A stretch of 55,063 bases of DNA, the filler included, from Sphacelaria rigidula (Eukaryota), in assembly GCA_964200075.2 (NCBI GenBank). It is 3 parts of 3 records of this genome, joined end to end, with 100 filler letters (N's around TTAATTAATTAA, not from the genome) between each part and the next. Parts side by side here need not be neighbours in the genome. Positions count along the whole stretch, not along the records: positions 1 to 18,296 come from CAXNAA020000883.1; 2 more parts are not named here. One strand, 5' to 3'. A program made the translations under genes and the position numbers. The notes beneath the pieces are model-generated. The model did not search any database and was not told the DNA's origin. It was given only the letters and a program-made list of their open reading frames with translations. Positions within the stretch are counted from its first letter, which is position 1; the number at the start of each line of letters is the position of its first letter. Shown here one piece after another: positions 1 to 10,953 of the stretch.

Positions 1-524
1 TGGTCCGGCGAAAACCCGGCGTGCTCCGCGCCGGCATTGTAGGGATGCGAGGTCAGTGGTGTTATGACTATGGCATGCATGATCACGAGTACACCCTGCT
101 CGCTACTTCCTTCTGTGTGTAGTCTGTGTTCATGGCCAAACGCTCGCCACCTGTAGGCACTCGCCCCTGACGGCGGCGGGATCACAGCCTGGCCGTGGAT
201 ACGCTGGCTTGCGGCAAGGGGAGTTCGCGATATAGTCGGAGTTTCCAACCGCCGTGTGTCGATATATCGATCACCCCAAGTCATCCACATCGTATGTATT
301 TTCGCTTGATAGGTAGGGTTGACATCAGGCACTTCAAAGACTACTGCCCGAATGCCGCACGCCTCAGAACGTGAGTTGAAAAACAACAAATGTTCACATC
401 GACGAGGGTGGACGGGCTACACCAGTGCTGACACCATTATCTTTAAGGATGGAATTGCGCGGCAAGAACCTACCATAGGAGAGATGGGTTGATCTCCCGA
501 GACTAGAGGCTCGTCTCCGGGAAG

Positions 525-640
525 CGGAGGGGCGCACTCATTTGCTGCTTGCCTTAGTCGTTTGACCATTGACCACGCATCCCTTTCGAGACGGAGCACC
601 GTTCCTACTCCGAATAGAGACACCTCCAACATTCCGGGAA
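525..640 (+). repeat. Dispersed repeat module B (partial copy)
   Basis: GGGGCG(C/T)ACTCATTTG...GACCACGCATCCCTTTCGAGACGGAGCAC recurs at about 20295-20580 and 36380-36688, and inverted at about 980-1260. Confidence 0.8.
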
Positions 641-1306
641 GCGGAGGGGGGGTAAAGGTACGATAGAAAACGAAAATGCCTCGCAAATGGGTCCATTTCA
701 GGAAGTAGTGCTGGGTATCCAACCTCCTCTCGCCGCGAACATGTGCAGTGAAATTCGGGAGCATCAAGTGAATTATTCAGCAGCTTTGGATATTTCTGGT
801 GCGAATTCCCCTGGGGCGGATGAAGGTACTTTCTACTAAGAAGTAGTCGTTTGAGTTCTTTTGTCAGAGGCACAGTATTAATGGAGAAGTATCATCGGAT
901 GTATGTGTAAAACCCTATTTCTGTTGGACGGAAACCTATTCCACCACGCCCTCGACAGAGGCAAGCCGGTGCTTCCTTCTCCCGAATGTGTTTTCCGCGC
1001 TTGCAACGGATGCTTCAAATGATTGGGTGCTGGCGAGGCTGTGTCGACATCATTTATATCCTTCTCGGCAACAAGCAAATACTGCACGTCGCGGTTTCCA
1101 TATCTCCATCCCCCTCCTCTCCCCCGGACTTGAATTTTCTCGGATATTTTCATGGTATGAGCCCCCCTCTCTCTCTGCCCCCCCCCTCCCCCCCCCTCCC
1201 TTCCGGTGTTCCATTGTCAAACGACTAAGGCAAGCAACAAATAAGTACGCCCCTCCCCTCCCTCCCTCCCTCCCTCTTCCGGACTTGACTCGATCTGAGC
1301 GAACAG

Positions 1307-1708
1307 GCATGGATGTCTACGACCGCGACGAGCTCATTAAAACGGTTTCTATCCCGGGTCATGCTTCAGCGGCGACGGCAGACGGAGGCTCTCCCGTGCC
1401 CGCAGCAGCAGCTATGCGCATGTTCGTTCGCAAGCTCGAATCCGGAGCTATCGACGTCATCATCACCGATATGTCCAACAACAGCCGGCACCACGGAATC
1501 TTCTCCAAAGCTTTTTGGAAACGCATTGCCAGCAGCTGCTGCGGCAGAAGAGGAGGCAAAGGGGACAATGACTCGACGGTCCCTCCTCCTGTTGCTGTTG
1601 TTGCTGCTGCTGCTGAGGCAGCAAACGTGGTGGATGAAAGTGGAAACAGTTGTGACGACTCCGGGTTCCCACGAATTCCAATGGTGTCGGCAGTTGCCGC
1701 AGTTCCAG
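1307..1708 (+). CDS. Penultimate coding exon of an unidentified host gene
   Basis: Pyrimidine tract and AACAG acceptor at 1302-1306. Open protein-like frame (MDVYDRDELIKTVSIPG...MRMFVRKLESGAIDVIITDMS...). Ends at a phase-1 CAG|GCGAG donor that fits the phase-1 exon at 3384. Confidence 0.6.
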
Positions 1709-3064
1709 GCGAGGCATTGTTCATTGTTAACTGTCTAACGGGCTAATTAGGTAGTTGTTTCTCGTGAGTATTCGCATCGGTGCAATAGCGGTTGCCATTT
1801 TCGTTACCATGTATTCATTAAACGTCCACGTACAAGATGGTCTGACGTCTACAATATATACCTTTTTGTTTTTGCAAGTTTTGTCCCGTCTTGTTTTTTA
1901 TTTTCCCGCCTTCTCGACTTCAAACATGGGAGTACTTCCAGGGCCTTACCCCGGGTACGTCGATGTTGTGACTACGACTGTATTCATAGCAAATCAGTTA
2001 AAATGGCGACAACGACCTCATCAATCCATCAATTAAGACCGGTATACCGAGAAGCAAGCTGTTTTCCCGAGGAGCGTGGGCGACCAAAACATTGGGTCTC
2101 CTTCGAACGCGTGCCCCCCTGCGCACATGCACGCATTTCCTCGGGAATACACGACTGCAGGAAATCTTCAAGAAAACAGTACGTGCTCGCTGTGGAGCAA
2201 CAACTATAACCGTAATGAATGGCCAGATTTCGAGAGAAATCGTCAGCTCCCGATGAAATCAGATCAGAACATTCGGGTTGCCGTCTCGTACAGTTGGGAG
2301 GCCGTTCCGTGGTGATGGAGTAGAGAGAGTCATGCCATGATAGGGACGCGCCAAGTACTTCTCAGGATTGCAATTGTTCGGAACCCTTTGTCTTCTCCTT
2401 AACGCTACCTATCAAAGTATGTGAAAACACGCCACGATTAGCAATCCAATAGGCAAGGCATACCTCGAAAAATAATTCAACAAGGATGTCCTGATCCATA
2501 CCCTTATGTAGCTCCCAACTTTCGGAGCCCCTCATTGAGAAGCGTGTGGGCCCAAACGTGCAGCACTCACCGTAGTATGACTCTAGGAGGGCGGTTACAC
2601 CAAGATCAAAGTGGCCGTGAAGATGAGATCTCTTGTTTTTTCTAGGAGGAGGACAACTTCGCACGTTTCTGCAGATCTAAGCTGGACGATAGCTTGTATC
2701 GTCAAGACAACCCCAACGAAAATTGGGGCATTTTCTCGTGGGAAAACGCAAGGCATGTCTACTACTCCACGCAGAGGACTTGTGAGAATATTGCAACTGC
2801 GTCCATACGGGCTAGTTATCGAGGTCTGTTAATTTTGGCGGCCGACAAATGCAGAGCAACCGGGCGGACTTCGGTTTCATGGCTCATACGTTTATTTGTA
2901 GACTTTTTCGTAGACCCAATCCACACCAACCACGGTCCATATGTCCCACATCAGCCGCTTTTCAAGTACACGCCTCTGTTATTAATGAGTTGATCACCCG
3001 AAGTTCTCTCCATGTATATAAAATAATCTCTGAGCATACCGCAGTTGCCTACTCTTTACTCACG

Positions 3065-3212
3065 GAGTGATCCTACCACCGTAGGGGTGCACTTTTCGGC
3101 CCACAACATTTTCTGGGGCTGCATTCTAAGGCCCAGATGCTTGTCATTGAGAGGCTCCGATAGTGCAGAACCTCAGAAACAAAAGTGTGAACCCCTACCG
3201 TGAAACCCACTC
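3065..3212. mobile_element. MITE, GAG..CTC TIR family (Sola2-like)
   Basis: TIRs GAGTGATCCTACCACCGTAGGGGTGCACTTTT / AAAAGTGTGAACCCCTACCGTGAAACCCACTC; perfect 4-bp TSD CACG (3061-3064, 3213-3216). Confidence 0.8.
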
Positions 3213-3383
3213 CACGATTTGTTCGAGAATCTGTGGTGTTCAGATTAGTTGTCTCTGCTCTGATATCATCCACTACATCAAGCCAAACTGGAAGTGTACT
3301 TACTCCCCGTATGTTGAAATTCTGATCCATGAGACCCCTTGCCCTCTCCCCCTCGCTTTCCCTCCCTTCGCGGAATCACTTAG

Positions 3384-3772
3384 GCACGGGCGCGATGAAC
3401 TTGGGTATGGGCTACTCTTATGGCAATGGTGCCAACATACGCACCCTCGCAGCGTTCAACAACAACAACAATAGCAACAACAGCGGCGGCTACGGCGGAC
3501 TGCCGATGGGTGCGCGCTCGGTCTCTTTATCGGTTTCACCGGCAGGGTCTCTCTCAGCCACGCCCTTGGGGACCCCAGCCCACCACGTACGTCGCAGTCG
3601 AGTTCACGGTGGTGAGACTCCTACACACTACGCGCGGCCGTCCGTATTTGACATTCAGGCGGCGAGGGCGCAGCTGGACGGCTCGGAGGAGTCCGTGTCG
3701 ACAACAAATCGAAGCAGCGCAGGGCTGTCGACTCCTCCAGAAAGCACCTGCCCAACAGCGAACCGGCAATAA
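3384..3772 (+). CDS. Terminal coding exon of the same gene (low-complexity Ser/Gly/Asn-rich tail)
   Basis: Long pyrimidine tract 3336-3369 and TTAG acceptor; open frame GTGAMNLGMG...CPTANRQ to TAA at 3770-3772. Confidence 0.6.
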
Positions 3773-3852
3773 AACAGCGGGCTGACGTTAAAACGGCGGA
3801 CCGGTTCTGTCGCTAAATGAGCATACTGATTCTTCATGTATGGTCCAAAATA

Positions 3853-4275
3853 AACAATGGATTCTCGGAAATGGGGTTGAAAAAAGAATGAGGTTCCACT
3901 CAAGAGCCGTGGTTTCCCCGACCTAAATTCATGACAAATGACTTTCATATGGACGACCCCATCCCTCCCGACCTGCCTAAAACTATTTCGGGGGATTTCT
4001 AGCCTTCCGTTCCCCCAAAGGGTATGTGCGAAAGCACGCTTTTTTGGGCCATAAAACGTGCTTCTTTCACCCCAAAATCGAGGCAAAGGCGTGCTTTCGC
4101 ACACATACCCATTGGGGGAACGAAAGGCTAGAAACCCCCCGACATCGTTTTAGGGAGATCGGGAGGGATGGGGTCGCCGTATGAAAGTCATTTGTCATGA
4201 ATTTAGGTCAGGTTAAGCACGGCTCTTGAGTTGAACCTCATTTGTTTTTCAACCTCATTTCGAGAATCTGCTGTT
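3853..4275. mobile_element. Long fold-back (palindromic) MITE
   Basis: Arms of about 190 bp are imperfect reverse complements around a short spacer. Homologous, in opposite orientation, to 51250-51674; a right-end fragment lies at about 36789-36850. Confidence 0.85.
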
Positions 4276-5464
4276 GGTAGCAGACCGGGTACGTTATTTC
4301 ATACGGCGGATCACTCTGTTTCCGAATAGCGGGTCAGTCTTGCGGGTCAGCCGTTGTCTGTGGTGGCGCGCCCGGCTCATGCCCCCGGCTTGTGTCGTCG
4401 AGGAGTAAAACATGGTGTTGGCCGTTTGTTTGGTAAGCTCATGAGAAAATCCGTGCAGATCTCTGTTTGTTCAGCCGTTATTATCCGTCGTGATATCGTA
4501 TGCATGGTTGCATGTACGACCTACTCCTGTATCTAGTTTACCAGAGCATATGACGACCTCACGGAGTTTTTCTGCCATTTCGAAGGTGCCTGATCTGAAC
4601 CCGCCTTTTGGTATTGGTTGGTGATTGATTGATTGATTGATCGATCGATTGATTGAGTGTCACGCATTTCCTCATCGCCGAAGGATACCGCCGTGATCAC
4701 ACGATGGACGTTCTCAAGGTGAACACACCGGTGAATGTATATGTGTCATGCTCCTGAATCGAGATCAGTACCTATTAATACTGGCTTCGCACCGTTTTTT
4801 ATTGCACATTTAGACGTGCACTCCCGCACATGATAGCCTGAGGTACACGTAACACCAACCTGTTGGCTACCGTCTGAGACAACACAGGCAGAGATCTCAG
4901 ATAAGTTGCAAGTGACGACGAGTACTGTCTATTCGATTTTACAATGTGTTCAGCATATCTACATGCTACGGTGAGTCACCTTTTTGCAAATTGCCTGAAT
5001 TTCGAGTGACCATATTCCATTACGTTTTGTATGTAGACGATGCCCTTCCCAGGCGACAGTTCCATGAGGGAACAGGATTACTTACAGTTTACATGGTTTC
5101 TGGCATATACGTACTATTATGGCTGGCTGGATAGATAGGTGTGTATGTGTATGTGTGCGTGTGCATGTGGATGTACTCTTGTCGTACAATATATATATAT
5201 ATATATTCTTGTGTGGTCTCTGTCTCAGTCAAGCTCTTCTTCCTTCGCCTCTCTGGTGACCATCATATTAACATGTATGTATATACTTTGTGGATGTTCC
5301 TCCTGCCTTCGTGCGGTTCTTGCCCACCTACTTTGAGCCCGCCATTGTCGTGAGGTAAATAATGTGTGCTACAAAGCATATGGGTACACTGGGATCTATC
5401 TATCGCTACACTTTGACTCCGTCTCTTTCTCGACATAAATCTTCAGTGTCACGGGACGGCCTCA

Positions 5465-5507
<43 letters not shown>

Positions 5508-5627
5508 TTCTTCTTCTCTTCCTCTCTCTCTCTCTTTTTTTCTTCTCTCTCCTNNNNNNNNNNGTTTCTCTCTTCCTCCCCCTCCTCCCCCTCCTCCTTC
5601 CTCTCCCCACCCACCCCTCTCCCGGGC

Positions 5628-5659
<32 letters not shown>

Positions 5660-5661
<2 letters not shown>

Positions 5662-5825
5662 GGCATTTGTGTGCCTAGCATCTTGTTAGAGAGAATTGGA
5701 TCAGCACTCTCGCACCCCGTCGCCTGTCGTTGAACGTGCTTTCGCGACACACGTCCTACTTCATTCGACACCAAACCAGCTCTTCAAGAAAAAATCGAAT
5801 ACAGGTGCCAAGATTCGAACTCACA
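5660..5825 (-). mobile_element. tRNA-derived SINE fragment
   Basis: B-box-like GAGTTCGAATC on the minus strand, followed by a body resembling other SINE copies (GGTGCGAGAGTGCTGATCCAAT...CAAGATGC). Confidence 0.5.
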
Positions 5826-5836
5826 ACAATCCGCAC

Positions 5837-6098
5837 GAGCAGTGCTACGGTATGGGTCGCCTTGTTTTAGCGGAAACGTATCTCGGGGCTGCTCGGGGTG
5901 CTGGACGGATCATTTCGAGAATCAGCACCATTTTTACTTCAAATAGGCTGAAAATGGTGCCGATTCACGAACACCATGTTTCTGGGAGTCCGGTCCCCGG
6001 AGATTTGGGTTGTGCATAGTAAGCTCCATATATTCGGGATCCTACAAAAAAGAGACTCAAAAACAAAAAGTGCAACCCCTACTACCGTGGCATTGCTC
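5837..6098. mobile_element. MITE, GAG..CTC TIR family
   Basis: TIRs GAGCAGTGCTACGGTA / TACCGTGGCATTGCTC; 4-bp TSD GCAC/GCGC (one mismatch). Confidence 0.75.
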
Positions 6099-6176
6099 GC
6101 GCTGACTGGTTAACCAGTTAAGTCTCCGGGGAGCGGTGGCATATATATATATATATATATATGTGTATGTGTAGAT

Positions 6177-6761
6177 TGTTAAAAGTTTATGCAGCCTGAT
6201 CTAGCTGTCCGTTTCTGTGTGGGTTTTTTACTTTGTAGCAATTTGGCGGCACAATGGATTCCGGTTCAAGTAGGGACCCCCAACATTGACTCAGGGTTCA
6301 AGTTCGGTTTCATGTGGATCCTTGATGTCAGATATCTCGTGCGATCGTAGAATACGATAGTGTGCTGCCATTGCTTGTGTATTAACGTGCGTTGAGTAAG
6401 AACCCAGTCTGTGAGCTGGCAAACCAACACGTCAGTCTTGAGGATGCGTGTTAGCCTACGTACGTGTAGAGGTCTTTGCTTTTTGTTCCAAGAATTGGGA
6501 TGCTTGGAATCGGTGGCTTCCACCGCCTTTGCAATTACTCTCCTTCTTTACCTTCAGTTCTCTGCTTTGATAAGAGACTGTACGTTCTGTTTTCTCTGGC
6601 CGGATGAAGAGCCCAATCATCCATCTGCCTTCTTGATTCTTGCTTTGAGCTACAGATGCAGTGGTCTAACAACCACGTGCACCCTCTGCCATACTGCTGT
6701 TCGCTGAACGGTAGTCAGTCTGTCGCAAGGGCAGTACTACAGAACACTACTTATTTCAACA
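6177..6761 (+). repeat. Probable 5' LTR of the Ty1/Copia element
   Basis: TGTTAAAA...TTTCAACA termini, immediately followed by GGTTATGAGCC, resembling the copia half-tRNAiMet PBS (GGTTATGGGCCC), then gag. No matching 3' LTR was found, so the left boundary is inferred. Confidence 0.65.
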
Positions 6762-6946
6762 GGTTATGAGCCTCGATTCGCGAATATGTAGGTCACCAGG
6801 CTATCAGACTTCGATTTGAGACTACGTCGGTCAGCATCAGCAAAGGACTTCCCATCAAGGTCGTCACAGCAGCAAAAAGTGAGAAGAGCCGAGCCTTCAG
6901 ATTTTTTTGTTGCACAAGGTTTTAGGTGTGATCAATTTTCACACAT

Positions 6947-9900
6947 TTGAAACAGATGAATACTCAAGAAGAGCCATCTGTTGCACAGCTCATCAGGAGC
7001 ATGAGGGAATTCGGTGGTACTGATTTCCTCGAATGGAAGCGCAGCACGCGCGCCACAATTTCCCTGACACATTCAAGGATTTCTGATATAATGAATGGAG
7101 GTGAACATCCCGCGGAAAATTTTGATGACGTGGAGCACATTCAAGGTGCTGAATCACTTCCAGTTGGACGACCTATGTCAAGATCAACTTCGCCACACAC
7201 CCGCTCCCAAGGAACCCCACCGTCTTCATCTCAAGGTGCAGCTGTAACAAATGATCCAGTTGAGGACCCGGCTGGCGGCGAAGTGGACTTCTCCCGGGAG
7301 AACACACATGTAAGAGTCGTGGTGAACAGATCTGAGATTGAGAATTGGGATTGCTGCAACGAGCAGTTGTTCAACATTCTATACTTGACTACTATAGGCC
7401 CAACGGGTAGTTTTCTCCTTCGCTTCGAGCCGAAGGGCTATGCAAAACCGAACGGCAAAGTTGCATGGCAGGCCCTGGTCGGCAAATACGAGAATTCTTC
7501 GGAGCAACGGCAGCGCATTCTCATGCATGCGTCAGCTAGATTACATCAAAATGTCACCTGGACGAGACTCTGACATGTTTCTGACCAAGGTCTATGAACT
7601 TCGTGACCAGCTAGTGTACATGGGTGAGCCCATCTCAGATGAAAGACTGACGGACATCGTGGTTGAAGGTTTAACCGATGAATACGACAGGATACAGTAT
7701 GATGCCGAGCGCGATCCTGACTTCAGCATCTCCGATATTGAAGTCAACGTGAGGAACATGTATTCAAATCGCGTTGCACGCGGTATTTTGTCAAAGTGGG
7801 TACGTGGTCGTGATTCTGCCATGATAGCGGTATCGCCGCTTGATTCATCTGCAATACCTACAAGATTCGCTGGGAAAAAAAATCCTGCGGTACACCCGGT
7901 CACCATACGCGTGACTGTCGTTCAAAAAGACAGTCAAACAGCAGGAACAGGCCTGTGAAGTGGTGCAGTCTTCATCGTTCCGATAAACACGACAATTCTG
8001 AATGCAAGATTCAAATGGCCAACGGTAGTGCGTTTCAAAACAGCAGCAGGAACGACAGCTACTACGACAAAAACAACAATCGCCGTCGTCACAACACAGG
8101 CAACAACAACAACAACTCCGGCTCCACAGCGCAAACAACATCATCAACCATACGAATCAAGCGAATACCGTCACCATGGATCCTGCATCCACTTCTGCAT
8201 CCACTTCTGCAGCGACTGCTGTTACTTCCAATAACCAAGTTCAAGACACCAGCGGACCTTATCGTCAGCAGTGGCCGATTTATGCTCGCCACCAAGCGGC
8301 ATTGGCTTTACCTTCCTCGCTGATCTTGCTGAAAAGGACAACACTCGGACACCGGTTTCAATATAATTCCAGATAGTAGTATGTGATTCCGGGGCTAGCC
8401 ACCATTACTTGGACAATCAGCTACCGCCCAATTATGAAGAGGAGATGTTTGATTATGTAAAACGCGATCCTCCCATGATAATCCCTACAGCAGGTCGTCA
8501 TCTACTCAGCGGAACAGGAAAAGGAGTGCTCCACTCTATCGTCTGTGATCAGCAGGGTATTCAGCACTCCGTCCGCCTTCCAGCCACTATTGTTCCGAGC
8601 CTGGGAGAACATATTTTCTCACCTGTCGAAGCATCAACGAAGGATGTTTCAACCATATTCTCCGTCAACTCTCACGTGAACACCGGAAGATTCAAAATTC
8701 CAATCCGCACCGACAATAATGGTACGCTACACATCCTCAACATGAAGATTATTCGGGATCAGAGGACCTTCCACAACAACTCCGAGTCAACTCTTACTGC
8801 TGAGGTGGTGTCCGGAGAACGCATAGGCCCAGGGACAGCATTCACAGCCACGACCATTAAGGAGGACACCTCAGCTCTTCCAACTACTGTGAGTGCGGAA
8901 ATATGGTATGGACGTCTGGGTCATCCAGCTGAATCAGTTATGCGTCGTATAATGAATATGCCTGATACAGGTGTCAAGTTTTTAGTATCCCTTTCTTCCT
9001 GTGATACCTGCCTGCTGAATGAAAGCACCCAGCAGATTCATCCCAAGACCGCTGACTCATTATCAGTGACTGAGCGTCTGCAATTGGTAACTACCGATCT
9101 GTCAGGCCCCATCACACGAAATGCATTATAAGAATATAGGTACATGACTAAATTTACCGACCACTACAGTCGACTGAAAGTTGTATACTTCATCAAGGCA
9201 AAACGTGGGGGCGATTTTTACCCTCTGCAAGTACATTCAAGACGTGGCGATTTCCTCGGGACTTCGAGTATATCACCTGCGATCGGACCGCGGAGGAGAA
9301 TACATCCGGCAATAATTTCATCGATACTGTAAAACAATTGGAATTCTTCAAGAATTCACCGCGCCCTACACACCACAACAGGATGGTATGTCCGAACGCG
9401 ACGGAAGAACTATTCTGAACATAACCCGTTGCCTCTTGAACGAAGTGAAACTAACCGAATACCTTTGGGGAGAAATCTCTGCGACTGCAGTATTTTTAAT
9501 CAATCGTCTACCGCATCGGAGCATCAACGGCGAAACATCGTACTACCGGATGTTCGGGAAACAGGCGAAATTATCGTTTCTACATACGATAGGCTGTCGT
9601 GCGCTCGTACACAAGGAAGGACACCTCAATAAACTGGACGACAATGTCTGGAAGGGAGTTCTAGTAGGGTACGACAGCAGCAGCCCTTCATACCGCATCT
9701 TCGACCGGCACTCTGGCAGGGTTAGTAGTTCCAGGAACGTCACATTCATTGGAAAAGCAGCCCGAGCTCGAACCAACATGTGGGAAGAATCAACTCTGAC
9801 TACTTGGGGGGAAAATATCAACACTCAACAATACAAGGAACACACGAAGCAGAATGTTTCGACTTCAACAACAATTTCAACACCAACATTTTCAAAGGCA

Positions 9901-10073
9901 TAAAGCAGCTGGAAAACTTCGACGACAATTCAACTGCCTCTACTCATCCAATGCGACTACGATCTGCTGGCAACGTGGACCATACTACACTATCTTTAAC
10001 TACTCAAAAGTAATCCCGAGAACTACGCAAGCTAGCCCTGACGGCAGAACATGTACCACACCCATCCATGGCC
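6947..10073 (+). pseudogene. Copia gag-protease-integrase (frameshifted)
   Basis: ORF pieces 6947-7573, 7440-7958, 7955-8323, 8409-9131 and 9388-9903 carry the motifs listed for the element. Confidence 0.9.
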
Positions 10074-10337
10074 TGTGACGAAAATACGCCGTTACATTGA
10101 GTTGGTAGTGATGACATGGGTGATGACTGGGGGCACAGGGATTCTGGAGGGTTCTGGATGATGACCGTGGACACGGAGATGGCACTTGCTTGCGTGTTTA
10201 GAAAGCTGGTGCCTTGGGAGGTCACTCCGATAATATGAGATGTTGTGAAGGCTGACAACTGAAACCGAGGCCAGTAAGACTGGGGAGTCCCTCAACAGCA
10301 AAGTGATCCAGCAGTTCTTCCACTGGCTGGCGTCATA
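10074..10337 (+). repeat. Gypsy 5' LTR (264 bp)
   Basis: TGTGACG...CGTCATA; by eye about 13 substitutions plus one 4-bp indel versus the 3' LTR (about 95% identity). Confidence 0.97.
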
Positions 10338-10953
10338 ATCTCGATGTATTTTGGTCAGGAAGCGAACAGCTTACCTATTGGACCAGTGAGCGCTCACTGG
10401 TTCAATGGGTAAGCTGTTCGCTTCCTGAACAAAAGATATGTGGTTCGAGTCATGGCATGATCGACTATGGAAGGAATGAGTTTGACATGTGAACAGTGAG
10501 GCTTGCGAGGGGTAAGGGGCCCAGGAGATCACTGATGTGTCATACCGGAACGGACCACGCCACATATCTTTTGTTCAGTGAGCGCTGAAAGGTTCAATGG
10601 ATAAACTGTTCGCTTCCTGAACAAAATTATCGATATTAGTGCTAGTGTTAGTGCTAGAAACCTGCTGGAGAGGATTTCGGAAGGAGTCTGGTAGCTGTGG
10701 AAAACCTGATAACCCACGGACGCGTGGAGAGGGTTCCAGCTGAGGCGGCTGAAGAGAGGCTGCTGGCCTGTGATTGATCCAGACTGGAGACTTACTGAAG
10801 CTGCGTGCAGCGGGAGTTTGGAGGCTTCTACGACTGTGTGGTGCGGCGACGAAGCAAGGTAAGTGCAATTCGCGAAGGTCCGCTGGCCTGTAAAGGTTCA
10901 CAAGTAGCCGGTTACAGCTACAGCTATCGCTACCGGCTCACGAGGTACGTCCA

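Noticed and set aside
5362..5774. Poly-Pro / poly-Gly ORFs
   Set aside because: Poly-C and CT tracts around a small N gap; probably low-quality sequence.
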